This document shows positions 1 through 12,982 of a stretch of 64,000 nt of DNA, one piece after another. Every line of letters starts with the position of its first letter. Position 1 is the first letter of the stretch. The DNA is from Okamejei kenojei (taxonomy: Eukaryota). The translations under genes were made by a program, and so were the position numbers. Location of the stretch: positions 29,450,001-29,514,000 of the forward strand of contig CM069151.1 in assembly GCA_035221665.1 (NCBI GenBank). Direction: 5' to 3'. The notes under the pieces are model-generated. The model did no database searches and had not been told where the DNA came from. It saw only the letters and a list, made by a program, of their open reading frames with translations.

Positions 1-305
1 ACTTGCTGTCTGCATTATATCGATTCTAGATTCACATTTTGGCGTAAAAATCTCTCAGAGGCCTTGCCCCATCCCGTCTTTGAAATCTCCTTCCCTCCTA
101 TAACCGTATTGAGGGTTGTAGAGGTTGTGTTACTCTACACATCCATCTTCTTTTCTGCATTGATGACCTCTTGATGCCTGACTTTAATTGCTGACTTGAT
201 TTGAGTGCACCTTAAATGACTTTGACCCAAGACTCTGAACCTCCTTTTCTTACTTTCCTTCTTTTGGAGTTCCCTTTAAAACCTGAACTTTGTAATCAAT
301 GTTTT

Positions 306-1150
306 ACAGATAGATACAGATACAGATATATTTTATTTGTCACGTGTGCCAATTGGCACAGTGAAATGAAGTCACCATACAGCCAAAAATAAAGAACACA
401 ACACAGAGTAGACAGAAATTCAACATAAAACATCCCCTCACAGCGGGATCAAAATTTCCCACCGTGAGGGAAGGCACCAAAGTCAGTCTCTTCCCGATGC
501 TGCCCAATGTTCACCCGTGGTCGGGGCCTCCCCGAGCCCTCCGCTGTCGCCGCTATATGTTCAGGCCCACTCCCCGGGGTGATGTAAGTCCAATGTCGGG
601 GCTGGGGGATGTCCTCAGCGGCCTGGACCCCGAGTCGGCCCCCTCCTACCAGAGTCCGCGGCTCCCAAAGTCCACTGGCTGCACCGGGTGGAGATGCAAC
701 GCTGGAGGCCCTCGGCAAAGGGCCACAGGACTCCTTGGAGTTCAGCGCCGCCCGCGTTGGGAGCTCTCTAAACCAGAGCTCCATGATGTTGGAGCAGCGG
801 CCCAACGCTCCGGAGCTCCAACGGCGACCCAGGTAGGCATCGCCCGCTCCGCGGTGACTCCAGCGCCGCCGCCACTGTTGCGGCTCTGATCCGGTTCCCG
901 GTCCCCGGCAGGAAAGGCCGCTCTGATCCAGGAGGTAGGCCGCGAGGAGGGGGGCGAGGATGCGACTCGGAGAAATAGTCACATCCCCGCCAGGAAGCGA
1001 CTGGGTGTTAGTTTCCCCCTTATCCTGCCCCCCTCCCCCACATATAAAAGACAAAGATTCCCCAAAAAACACACTTTAAACTGACTAAAAATTAAAAAAA
1101 AGAGGAAAAACAAATGGGCTGCAGGCAGAGGCTGCTGTCAGTGCAGCGCC
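306..1150 (-). mobile_element. GC-rich non-autonomous retroelement with Rex1-like 3' end
   Basis: Minus strand ends in TGACAAATAAAA plus a (TATCTG)n tail at 306-345, like the 3' ends of Rex1-like copies here. Body is CpG-rich. A second 3' fragment lies at 6790-6914. Overlapping ORFs show no recognisable protein. Confidence 0.55.
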
Positions 1151-1483
1151 CCTATCTGGTGAAATTCCCCAATTTTGCTCATCTGACAAAGGTGGCCCAA
1201 TGTCAAATTGTGATTCACAGTTCTCTTCTGTAAATTGCCATGGGATGTTTGCAGTGTTCAGGGTGCTATGAAAATAGAGGTGCCTGATGCTGTAAATCCC
1301 CAACATAGATATCAAGCACTTCTTTGTGTGCTCATGTTAGAGATACTGAAGATGTCTTTTTCTGAGGTAGGTCCTCAGGGACTAACTCAGAATTGCTTGT
1401 TTCCATCCCTATTCTCTAGATCTCAGATGGGCGATGGGGCCAGGATCAGACCAGCAGATTCTGCCATGGGTGTGATGGCAGCT

Positions 1484-2060
1484 GGGTAGAAGATGTAATG
1501 CTGAGGCTCTATAAGGTGTTGGTCATTTGGAGTACTGTGAGCAAATTTGGGCCCCATATCTGAGGAAGGATGTGCTGGCTCTGGAGAGGGACCAGAGGAG
1601 GTTTACAAAAATGATTCCAGGAATGAGTGGGTTAGCATATGATGAGCGTTTGACAGCACTGGGCCTCTACTCACTGGAGTTTAGAAGGTTGAGGTGGGAC
1701 CTCATTGAAACTTACCAAATAATGAAAGGCATAGATAGAGTGGATGTGAAAAGGATGTTTCCACTGGTGGGAGAGTCTAGGACCAGCGGTCATAACGTCA
1801 GAATTAAAGTGCGCTCCTTTAGAAAGGAGGTGAGGAGGATAGTTAATCTGTGGAACTCATTGCCACAGAAGGCTTTGCAGGCCAAGCCAGTGGATATTTT
1901 TAAGGGAAAGATAGACGATTTCTTGATTAGAACCAGTGTCAAGGGTTATGGGGAGAAGGCAAGAAAATGGGATTAGAAGGCAGAGATCAGCCATGATTGA
2001 ATAGCAAAGTAGACTCGATGGGCTGAATGGCCTAATTCTACTATAGCTTGTGAACTTGTG
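1484..2060 (+). mobile_element. CR1/HER1-type LINE 3' fragment
   Basis: ORF 1527-1976 (LEYCEQIWAPYLRKD...QRRFTKMIPG...LGLYSLEFRRLR...WNSLP) is the CR1 ORF2 C-terminus, followed by the GGGCTGAATGGCCT 3' UTR motif. Confidence 0.9.
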
Positions 2061-2140
2061 CAGGAGCTTTGGGAGGTCTTGTGCTCCTTTTGCCAATATG
2101 GCTGGACTTCCTGATGGTCAATTAACCACTCCCCTGACTT

Positions 2141-2233
2141 CAGTCTGAAGAAGGCTCTTGACCCAAAACGTCACCCATTCCTCCTCTACAGAGATGCTGC
2201 CTATCCCGCTGAGTTACTCCAGCATTTTGTGTC
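2141..2233 (+). mobile_element. Penelope pLTR-derived module with degenerate hammerhead motif
   Basis: CTGAAGA...ACCCAAAACGTC followed by AGAGATGCTGCC...GCTGAGTTACTCCAGCATTTTGTGTC, the same module found at the end of the Penelope fragment at 54007. Confidence 0.75.
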
Positions 2234-2400
2234 AACCTACAAACCCACACATTTCTGTGACGTGGGATAAATCTTGAACACCTGAGGGTAGCCCTTGCAG
2301 TCTCAGGGAGAACTTGCTAACTCCGATAGCATAGGAGATCAGGACTGAACCCGGATTTCTGGCACTGTGACACATGAGCTCCATTAGCCTCACCACTGCA
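2234..2400 (-). mobile_element. Diverged HE1/V-SINE-like tRNA-derived SINE, partial
   Basis: Reverse complement shows a B-box-like GGGTTCAGTCCTGA and the GTTTGTAGGTT core shared with other copies. Confidence 0.6.
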
Positions 2401-3241
2401 AGAAAAGTCAGGAGTGGCATCGGATCCAGTGCTCTTCATAGGCAGGTGGTAGGGTTCAGATGTCAGATTGGGATTTGGGATGGGAGAGACCATGATCCAA
2501 GTTTGAGGTGAGTCACAGATCAGGAACGTGATTCCTTGCGCTGAGGGGGTGCCCGTGGTACATGAAGGGTTGCTTGATCAGACCCCAGGTGCAGAGAGGT
2601 TGTTGTATCAATGTCTTGCTGGATCCGATGAACCAATCATGCATTTGCTACATCAGCATTTTGAGTGTGGATTGGAATTGACACCATGATATGTGTTACT
2701 GAAATGGAAGATATATCATCCACAGAGTGATTAACTGCTGGAGGGATCCACATTGCATTTCTAAAGGGCCTGGTTTCTTTCCCACTGAGGAAAATCAGTG
2801 GCAACCTTCCAAATTTCTCGGCCCACACTTTCTTCCTTAACCATCTGCATTGGCATTAATCATTTTTTTCCTCCAGTACATTCTATAAATGGACTAAGTA
2901 ATGGCATCCTTGGTGTCAACTTGATTAAAACCCCAGGCCTTGGCTCTTGCAGCAGATGAGTTCATTCCTTCCAAAGTGCCCGCTATGTCTTTATAAAATC
3001 TACTCAATGAATGCCAGCCTATGTTCTTTCACTGCAGGCACATTATAACATTATTATGTTTTGTTCAAACAAGCTATGCTTCTGTATTGCCTCTAAAATT
3101 TGATACATGAACAAGACTGGAAGTAAACAATATTACCCCACATACACCCCCAAGTCGTCGTACTATGTTTAAAGTGATTTTGATGGTACTGCCTCTTGTT
3201 CTAAAGTTAGTGATCGCTCACTGATTTGTTTCATTTCACAG

Positions 3242-3292
3242 GTACATTCAGGGAGCTGCTTCACCCAAGGACATGCTGATTCTTGTAGATGT
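3242..3292 (+). CDS. CACNA2D1: Calcium channel alpha2delta-1 exon, 51 bp: (W)YIQGAASPKDMLILVD(V)
   Basis: Acceptor tttcatttcacag and donor gtaagt. The peptide matches the start of the alpha2delta-1 VWA domain (GAASPKDMLILVDV; alpha2delta-2 has GASSPKDMVIIVDV). Confidence 0.96.
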
Positions 3293-3296
3293 GTAA

Positions 3297-3521
<225 letters not shown>

Positions 3522-4111
3522 TGAATTGCCCGTGTGATAACCTGCGATGGTATTTGTGGCCAGCACATTATTTTACAGGGGCACAGATAATCCTGCCTCA
3601 TAATCCCAGCATGGAAGCCACACGCAAAAGGACAGGAGGCCAAGGCTTGATCTTCACAGTTTAGCTCCACAATTGTTGCTCTAACATAGTTGTCACTGCT
3701 CCCGACCCCAACGACCTAAATCCCTATCAGTACATCTAAAGTCTACAATACAACACAATGCTGATGGCATGAAAATATATGCAGCAGAAGCTCTGGAAAG
3801 AGCATGTTTGAAGGAATAAAACATATTTTATATATAATTCTGCACACAGTTCTAAATGGAGTCAAGCATGTCATTAACTGGTGTCAAACTGTGCTCTGTG
3901 GGAGGTCTTAATTATATCCAATATGTGAATCAGCTCCAGGGATCGCTCAGCAGTTTTGATTAAATAAAACATTTATTTTTGAAGTAAATACATTTGGCAG
4001 GTTGGATTGAATTGTTTTTCTCATGTACATCGAACATTTAAAACTCATTCTAATGCAGCAAAGAGTTACACCGAAAGCCACCTGTTAGAACCCACACAAG
4101 AAACTGGTTGA

Positions 4112-5015
4112 GATTTAGGTTTATTATTGTCAGGTGAACAGAGGTACAGTGGAAACCTTTGTTTTGCATGCGACCCAGTCAGGTCAGATAATGCTATACA
4201 TAAATCCCATTAAGTTAAACTCGTACCGTAGGTAGACAAAGCGGAAGATGCAGAGTGCAGATTATAGTTCTCATTGATGGGCACTATTCTCGGGTGATTG
4301 ATGGTCTGTGTGGACTCAGTGGGCCAAAAGGCCTATTTCTACGCTGTATCTCTAAACTAGACCAAACTAAACAGGCACAGTGAAAAGTTGTTGCGGGCTG
4401 TCCAGTTAGCAGAAAGAAAATACATGAATACAATTGAATTGAATAAATGTTATGAGCCAAGTATGCATACATACAAGGAGTTTGCCTTGGTGCTTTGCTC
4501 ACAAGTAACAACACGATATACAGTAGACAATTAAAAATGAAACATTGTAATTTAAACATGTGAAGAATGAAATAAAATACCAGGGCAAAAGGAGGCTTCA
4601 GACTTTTGGCTGTTGAGTAGAGTTACTGCTCGTGGGAAAAATATGCTTTTATGTCTGGAGTCACCTTCCACAGGGAAGTGATTCAAAGAGTTTGTGGCCA
4701 AGGTAAGAGGGGTCAGAGATGATCTTTCATTGCAGTTGTTGGTGTACAGAGAGTAAAGGAGAGGGGAGAATAGGCAGCCTTGCGGTGCTCCTATGCTGTG
4801 GGTCTGCGGGTCCAAGATGTGCTTTCCCAGCCTCACATGCTGCTTCCTGTCTCTCAGGAAGTTGGTGATCCATTGACAGAGGAGTTTAGGCACAGTCAAC
4901 TGGGAACCATTTACAGTGAAAAGATACATGATAAGGGAATAACGTTTAGTGCAAAGTAAAGCCAGCAAAGTCTGATCAGGTATAGTCAGTCCGAGGGACA
5001 CCAAAGAGGTAGAGG
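4112..5015 (-). mobile_element. Composite of Rex1-like LINE fragments plus a SINE tail
   Basis: ORF 4552-5004 contains CQWITNFL...[17 protein letters not shown] and SIFFPRAVTLLN. Rex1-like 3' UTR pieces at 4112-4285 and 4376-4440. SINE 3' tail on + at about 4290-4372. Confidence 0.75.
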
Positions 5016-5097
5016 TAAATGTCCAACTTGGCTTCAGACAGAACGGCTGCTCCTCTCAAACCCTGCTTTACTTTATTTCCATGGTGGATGACAACAA

Positions 5098-5315
5098 TGT
5101 GTCGGAAGGAACTGCAGACGCTGGTTTACACCGAAGATAGACACAAAGTCCTGTAGTAACTCAGCGGGACAGGCAGCATCTCTGGGGAGAACAAATGGGT
5201 GTGTCCAGAGGCTACGTCTGAAGAAGGGTCTCGACCCGAAATGTTGCCCATTCCTTCTATCCAGAGATGCTGCCTGTCCCGCTGAGTTACTCCTCCATTT
5301 TGTGTCTATCTTTGC
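5098..5315. mobile_element. Inverted-pair Penelope-derived module with hammerhead core and 13-bp TSD
   Basis: TGGATGACAACAA at 5085-5097 and 5316-5328. Arms are inverted. CTGAAGA-AGGGTCTCGACCC-GAAATGTT at 5218-5245 on +. Confidence 0.85.
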
Positions 5316-6232
5316 TGGATGACAACAAGCAGCAGTAAATGCTTTGCTCCTTGCAGAAATTCATGCTATTTGTAGAGTGAATCCAATAATTTATGTCTTG
5401 CTGCATTTGCTGGATTGTCACTTTAGGCGCGAAGGTAAAAATGAATAATTATCATGTCTCTTTCTTTAAGTCCAAGCAAAGAAGTGACAACAGCAAATCC
5501 TTTAAGTTAAGATGGCATTTAACTTATTAGTGTTTTATGCTTTGATTAGCTGCGGTAATTGTCCCATAAAATTAGTCAATCTCTTTATCTGAGATCTGCG
5601 ATAAAGGTTTCAGGGCATTTGCAAAACACAGTCCTCGGTTGATGTGAAATCTGCTTCTCTGGGATATCTGTAGGATTTTGATTCCTTTGCAGTAGATTTT
5701 GTTTCCATATTCCTTGGTGACATAATGTGTGTGTTGAATCATATTCTCCATTTCCATTGTAGCTTATGCACTGCAGGAGAATTGTCACAAATTGAAAACT
5801 AATCAGCAGATTTAGATAAATCCCCAGCACGTTACCTCTCCTCAATATACTATGATATCATATATTCAGATATTGTCATCTGTCTTTATGGAAACACTGA
5901 TAATAATTAGATATGTTTAGTATTTGGCTTCAGTGGTTTATACAAAATTAGCATAAATTAATTAGTTATAGTTGCCCTATTTTCTGGCCTGGCAAGAACA
6001 TTATCAATGTACCCTGTGGTGATTTGCCTTGTTGGAGACAAATAACTTGTACATGCATTCAAAGAAATGGCAAATAGCTACCAATTCTTCCAATTTGTAC
6101 TGCTGTACCTGTCTTTTTACAATCTTTTTTGTCATATGTACATAATGGAATGTTTTATCCTGAACGTACCCATAGAATGTGGACCCCAAAGCACCAAAAT
6201 ATATACTATTACTAATGTAATGTAGATATTAA

Positions 6233-6665
6233 GACCATAAGATCATAAGTGATAGGAGCAGAAATAGACCATTCGACCCATCAACTCATTGTACCATTCA
6301 ATCATGGCTGATCTATCTCTCCAAAACCAATTCTCTTGCCTTCTCCCCATAACCTCTGACCCCTGCACTAATCAAGAATCTATCTATCTTTGCCTTAAAT
6401 ATATCCACATACTTGGCCTCCACAGCCTTCTATGGCAAATAATTCCGCAGATGCACCAGATTCTGACTCAAGAAATTCCTCCCCATCTCCTTCCTAAAAG
6501 AATGTCCGTTAATTGTGAGGCTATGACCTCTAGTCCTAGACGCTCCCACTAGTGGAAACATCCTCTCCATATTCACTCTCTCCAAGCCTTACACATTTCA
6601 ATGAGGTCCCCCCTCATTCTTCGAGTACAGGCCCAATGTCATATAATGCCCATCAGATGTTAACA
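6233..6665 (-). mobile_element. CR1-type LINE 3' fragment
   Basis: Reverse complement of the CR1 3' end, similar to 1484-2060, with a CTTATG-type tail at 6233-6250. Confidence 0.8.
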
Positions 6666-6956
6666 TTAACAGAACTGAAAAGGCAGGATCACCTTTAAAA
6701 TAATTGAATTCCAACAGTGAAATTAAACCGAGAGAAGCTAGAATCCTTCACCACTTATTGACAAGCACTGAATGTTACTGACATATGTGGTTCAAGTTCA
6801 AGTACATTTATTGTCACGTGCACCAATTGGTACAGTGAGATTTGAGTTACCATACAGCCATACAAATAAAATAACACAATACACAATAGGATTTAACATA
6901 AACATCCCCCACAGAACTTCAGGAAGAGAAAATTGGCCATTTATAATACATTTACT

Positions 6957-8509
6957 TAGCAATGTTACAAAACTTACCTTCAGCAGCGCTGCAGTTCTGC
7001 CACTGGCCTTGTGCTCGACTTTGGCGCCTTTGGGGGGGGGGGATTAAAATCTAGTTTTCTACTGCCTGTCGGAGGCCGATTTCCTCGGGCTGCTAGCTGC
7101 TGAAGAAAAATCAATCGGACTTCCGTTCCCGTTTTTTTTTTTTTTAATCGCGAGAAAATTTAATAATTAGATTAAAGTAAAAAGCGACTTCTAACGCCCT
7201 CAACGCCTAGAATGTGACGGATCGCAAGAACGGGACAAAACAAAAGGGTAAGTCGTGCATTTTACATATAATCATGCTTCTTGGGATGGCTTTAATCTAA
7301 TTTTACATTGCGAAAATGTGATTTGGGCCCCATACGAACCAGCAGTGTTTTTCCTGCCGATATGGAGTTCAAATTCACCGCAAATGCAACGTTCCAATCG
7401 ATTGCGTTCCAGAAAAACCCACTAGCAAGATGATTTAAATGCTCTTTTTTTTTTGGATAATCATGTCATAAGAGCATCTAAAACGTCTATATTTTGTGTT
7501 ATTGACTACCCAAAGTCAATATTTTTATACTAAATATCAGTTTTAGTCCCATGTATTGTGCAAAAAAATAATAATTGTTAGTATATTGAGTGGATGTTTC
7601 TAGATTAATTTATGGGAATTAAACATTAGATTTTTCCATCTGGCATATAAATTCATGACAGTGAGATTTAAAAATCATATTATATTGTGAATTCTTGTGT
7701 GAATGGGATTAGTTTGTTATTTGGATACTTAGGCTATTTTTTTAAATTATCCTTTTCTTAAGAAATGGAATCTACATGACATTCTTAATGGGAAAATAGT
7801 GGGCAGAAAGGCATATCATGCGTGGTTTAAAGAGCAAAAACTTGTAGTTTACAATGCCAAAATTGAAAATTGAGGAAAAACAAGGTGTACAGAGTTGCTT
7901 ATTGGTTACAATCTGAGGAGTATGATGATGCTACTGATTATGATATGCCAATGTACCAGCTGCCAACTGATCTTCTCCATAAAGACTTGGTCTATTGCTA
8001 GAAATTGTAACTTATTTACCTATCTGTTACGGACTTACAGCAAATTATACAATAATATTAAATTTCTGATCTTGAGAATATCACATTTTTGAATTTTCAA
8101 GGCAGTCTGGGTGTTTATTACTATTTCCGTCACAACGGTCAATTTTGTAATTAACTACAATTAGGTAATTAACTAATGATATGCTTTAATTTCAGGTCAT
8201 CCAAGTAAGATGTTTTATATTTGTTTCAGAATGCTTCAATCTATAATAACTGAACATTTCATTCGGTTCTCTTAATTTTTAAGAAAGTTATGGGCTTTTG
8301 ACTGTCCTGGATCACAGCTTTTGTGTTAAGTCAATGGAAAAGCAATAGGGAACAAGATGCTAATTTCCGAGTATGAAAATGGACCATAACATTTTTAATA
8401 CTGAAGATATGAAAGTGAATTAGGTGTCAAATTAACCTTTTTATGCTTTGTCTGATGGGATAAATTGCAGACTTGATTTTTAAAATCTCAACATTTTGCA
8501 ACATTGCTA
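6957..8509. mobile_element. Non-autonomous DNA transposon, Academ-like
   Basis: TIRs TAGCAATGTTACAAAA (6957-6972) and TTTTGCAACATTGCTA (8494-8509) match 15/16. TAG termini. Flanks ACT/ATT resemble a 3-bp TSD. No transposase ORF. Superfamily is inferred from termini only. Confidence 0.65.
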
Positions 8510-8516
8510 ATTCACT

Positions 8517-8796
8517 AAACAGGCCCTTGGGCCCACTGAGTCCATGCCAACCAGCGATGCATGCACACTAACACTATACTACACACACTAGGAATCATTT
8601 TATACAATTGTACCAGTTAGCTGACAAATCTGTACGTCTTTGGAATGTCGGAAGAAACGGGAGATTCCCGGAGAAAACCCATACAGGTCACAGGGAAAAT
8701 GTACAAACTTCGTACGGACAGCATCCGTAGCCAGGATTGAGTCCAGGCTCCTGGTGCTGTAAGGCAGCAACTCTACCGCTGCGCCAACGTGACGCC
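8517..8796 (-). mobile_element. HE1/V-SINE-like SINE
   Basis: Reverse complement has a tRNA-like head (TGGCGCAGCGGTAGAG), the central V-type core and a CR1-like GGGCCTGTTT tail. Confidence 0.85.
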
Positions 8797-9097
8797 GTGG
8801 ATATTGCCAGGAATGAAGCGATCGGAGCAATATCCACGGCGAGATGGTGGCCTGCTGTTCGTTCGTGGGTTTGTGGTCAAGGGTAGGTATGAGGAAGTGT
8901 CCAAGAGCTGGTGCATGGCCACAATTGAGGTAGAGGGAAGAATAACACTTGCCTAGATACAAATGAGCCCAACACCGATGCGCTTTTTCGCAAATTGTAG
9001 GGTTCATTCCTGTTGTCTTCTGTACTGTAGGATGCAGAGATAAGTTGGGAAAACTTACACCAATCCAGCTCTTAGCCTAGTTGTTAGTGATGGTTGA

Positions 9098-9445
9098 TAG
9101 ACAAAAGTGCCGGAGAAACTCAGCGGGTGCAGCAGCATCTAAGGAGCGAAGGAAATAGGCAACGTTTCGGGCCGAAACCTGGTTGAACCTGGTTGGGAAA
9201 CACAGCAGGTCGTTTTGGCATACACCCCAGAGTTTAAACAAATAACAATGTGCTGGAGAAACGCAGCCAGTCAGGCAGCAACTATTGGGGGAATGGACGG
9301 ATGATGTTTCGGGTCAGGGCACTTCTTTAGACTGAAGGGTCCAGACCTAAAACGTCATCTGTCCATTCCCTCCACAGTTGCTCCCTGTCCAACTGAGTTC
9401 CTCAAGCGGTCTGTTTTATTTCTTAAGATTCCAGCATCTTCCGTT
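9098..9445. mobile_element. Two degenerate Penelope-derived modules
   Basis: GGAGAAACTCAGCGGGTGCAGCAGCATC module at 9098-9180 and an inverted-pair module at 9245-9445. Confidence 0.7.
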
Positions 9446-10230
9446 GCGTGTCTTTTGACCTGAGATTAATGTTAGTCTTGATTCCTCCACATTTAATGTC
9501 CAGCGGGAATGAATAAAGAGCATATAAATACTGGGGCAATAATCTCTGAAGTAGCGTTCTTGAACATTGACGCCATTGCAGCATCCCAACTTTGTATGAT
9601 CCACTACACTCAGGGTGGGAAATAAAATTATGGAATTTTCACTTTCCATTACAGGATTGAAACAAAACTGATTTCCCCTCTCACTTCCAATATCACTCAA
9701 AGTGTGATGAGACTACCTGTTGCTCTTTTGATAAATAACATTAATCTGAAATTCCCTGCTCAGTTGGATTAAATAATATTTAAATTAAAAAATGAAGTTG
9801 TTTACCCAAGGAATGGTAAGAATGTGTGAATCGCTGTCGCATTGAGTAGTTGCATCAGGCCTGGTTAGTTATAGCAAAGAATATCCAGCAGCTTGGATGT
9901 ACATATGATACAGGTGGCTATAATAGTGGGGTTTTGTTTTGATAACTGCATCCTGACACTCTCCAACAGAAACACGGTAGGAATCTAATGAGAGTTAGCT
10001 CCAGTGTAGCGCGTCAAGCATGTGGCACAGCATGTTAAAGGGAAGATGGGATCATTACATGAAGGAGTAAGGTCTGGAATGTACGGTGAAGGTTAAATCA
10101 AGGATGACCGGGGAAACAAACTGATCTGATGCCAAAATGACAACATAGACCAGTGGGCCAAATGGTCAGTGTCTCTGTTGTTTTCTCAATTTAACAACAG
10201 GTTATTCATGTGCAAAGAGGATCTCACGAC

Positions 10231-10316
10231 AGACACAAAATGCTGGAGTAACTCAGCGGGACAGGCAGCATCTCTGGAGAGAAGCAATGTTTTGGGTCGA
10301 GACCCTTCTTCAGACT
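10231..10316 (-). mobile_element. Penelope-derived module
   Basis: AGACACAAAATGCTGGAGTAACTCAGC...GGGTCGAGACCCTTCTTCAGACT, flanked by GAGGATCTC repeats. Confidence 0.8.
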
Positions 10317-10444
10317 CGGGTATTGAGGATCTCGGGGATTGAAATCTGTTTCTATTGTTTGTAGCAAGTGACAGTGGGAGGCAGCCTCTGCTTATGTACA
10401 AGATGGAGGTTGAGCAGAATCTCGCCTCATCTTCTCAGACCATC

Positions 10445-10860
10445 AGATCCTTTTACCCCAGGGTGGAAATATCCAACACTGGAGGGCATAGCTGGAAGGT
10501 GAGAGGGGAAAGTTTAATGGAGATGTGCTGGGCAAGGTTTTTACGCAGAGAATGATGGGGGCCTGGAACGCATTCCCTGGGGTAATGGTGGTGGCCGATG
10601 AGACATTGGTGGTGGCTGACGCATTTAGGAGGCTAGACACAAAATGCTGGAGTAACTCAGCGGGACAGGCAGCATCTCTGGAGAGAAGGAATGGGCGACG
10701 TTTTACCTGCTTTTAAACCAGCATATGTTGTTCTTTCTTATGCATTTAAGAGGCTTTTCGATAGGCACATGGATATACAGGGAGAAGAGGGAAATGGATC
10801 ATGTGCGGGCAGATGAGATCGGTTCAACTTGACATTGTGGGCAGAAGGGCCTGTTCCTTT
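10445..10860 (+). mobile_element. CR1 3' fragment interrupted by a Penelope-derived module (10635-10741)
   Basis: FTQRMMGAWNAFPG is CR1-like. The insert is flanked by GCATTTAG/AGAGGCT duplicates at 10621-10634 and 10742-10755. Confidence 0.8.
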
Positions 10861-11083
10861 GTTATCTCTTTCGTTGTCTTTGTACTTCTAAGCCGGGTAA
10901 TCAAACTAATGCTCATCATCAGTAGGTTAAAGACCAACAATTTATCTTGGACTACTGGCTGGCTTCACCTTCTGCAGTCAGACAAAACCTGAATCCACAG
11001 TGATGTGGACGTGGTTCACTTACTGATTTTGTATTTGTTTACTTAAGACAAAAAATGTCAAGTATCTGACGTGAAACTGTCAT

Positions 11084-11553
11084 AGGCGGGACTGTCATAT
11101 GCTGAGAGAATGGAGTGGCAGGGCTTGTATACTCTGGAATTTAGAAGGATGAGAGGGGATTCTTATTGAAACGTATAAGAATACTAAGGGTTTAGACACG
11201 TTAGAGGCAGGAACCATGTTCCCGATGTTGGGGGAGTCCAGAACTAGGAGTCCAGAACTAGGGGCCACAGTTTAAGAATAAGGGATAAGCTGTTGAGAAT
11301 GGAGATGAGGAAACACTTTTTCACACAGAGAGTTGTGAGTCTGTGGAATTCTCTGCCTCAGAGGGCGGTGGAGGCCGGTTCGTTGGATACTTTAAAGAAA
11401 GAGCTAGATAGGGCTCTTAAAGATAGCGGAATCAGGGGATATGGGAAGAAGGCAGGAACGGGGTACTGATTGGGGATGATCAGCCATGATCATATTAAAT
11501 GGCGGTGCTGGCTCGAAGGACTGAATGGCCAACTCCTGCACCTATTGTCTATT
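11084..11553 (+). mobile_element. CR1/HER1 LINE 3' fragment
   Basis: Encodes GLYTLEFRRMRG...FFTQRVVSLWNSLP; 3' UTR has a (CTATTGT)n tail. Confidence 0.88.
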
Positions 11554-12676
11554 GAAGATGTGATAGAGGCCACATAAACATTGGGTTTTTCCTCATTCTC
11601 TCCAAGCGAAACAGTCCACAATATTACCTAGAATGAGCTCCATGCCTGACAAGAACAAGTCAGAGTGGTTTAGATGCGTTTAGTTTTCTTGGTTCAAAGT
11701 AACGACACTGGAGTTTGATTACTGATTTGGCTCGGGAAAGGTTCGAGGGACGGAGGTGCTTCAGTGTCGTAAGCTGAGAATGAAATGAAGTTATTGGCAA
11801 GCTTCTGTAACTTTAATGAGATAAGGTGACTGGGACGTGCTGCCCTTGCTGCTCATTATTCCTTCCTCGATGAGAGTGTGATCATTTGTTTCTGTCTAGC
11901 TTTTCTGATCTAACCAGTTTAATGGGATTTCTTGCCAGTGCCATATGCTGTATATTATCCTGTTCTTGGTGACAAAATTGGAAATTGTTCTCCGTAGAGT
12001 AGTTGCTGTGAAATTAATGCCTGGCTTCATGCCACATGAGTAGCAGGTTCAGCAATGGTCATGTTATTGCTTCATTTCTGTCGCAAAATATTATTTCTTA
12101 GTTCTTGTCTAACTGCAACATGATAATCTGCACCTATTTATTTTGAAGCTATGTTGTCGATATTTTATCTGATGTAGTAATCAGTGTTAGGACTATCCCA
12201 GCGTCCCACTGATTATTTCGTCTCCAAATGTCCACTGATCACCTTGCTGTCATTAATCCTTCAGTGTTGAGCATCAGTGGTTCTCTAGTGTGTTAGCAAT
12301 CAGGTTCAGCATTGACAGCCATGGGCCCCGAAATTGGGGATAAACCAAAGAACTGCCCATAAAATGAACAGTATATATTATTGGAGGAAAATAATAACAT
12401 TCCCTGGAGTGACTTCAAGCGAGTAATTTAGTGGTGGTTGCTGAGGCTTCCTGTGGTGTGTCAGAACTCTATTCTCAAGATTTATCAAGTCTTTGGAATT
12501 CATTCAAGGGTGGTTAGTACTTCACATTTTCTCTTTACCCTGACCCGCTCTATTCTAATGCTGTTTATGGTCAATTTAGTGAGACAGATTTCAGTATTAT
12601 TTATTTAGTGTGCACATTCCTACACCTGCCGACTGAAGGAAGTATTCATCCTTGCGCCATTTAGTTCTGCAGTGCT

Positions 12677-12982
12677 GGGTGGTGCAGCGGGAGAGTTGCT
12701 GCCTTACAGCGCCAGAGACCCGGGTTCGATCCATGCTTGTCTGCATGGAGTTTGTATGGTCTTCCCGTGACTGCGTGGGTTTTCTCCAGTAAGCTCCCGC
12801 ATTCCAAAGACGTACAGGTTTGTAGGCTAATTGGCTTTGGTAAAGATTGTAAATTGTCCCTAGTGTGTGTAGGATAGTGTTGGTGTGCAGGGATCACTGG
12901 TCAGCGTGCACTCGGTGGGCTGAAGGGCCTGTTTCCATGCTGTATCTCTGAACTAAACTAAATTAAGCTAAAGTAAACTAAA
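12677..12982 (+). mobile_element. HE1/V-SINE-like SINE
   Basis: A/B boxes (TGGTGCAGCGG; GGTTCGATCC), conserved core and (CTAAA)n tail. Confidence 0.88.

Noticed and set aside
449-1072. 207-aa and 141-aa ORFs
   Set aside because: They lie in a GC-rich repeat with few stop codons, and show no domain or splice context.
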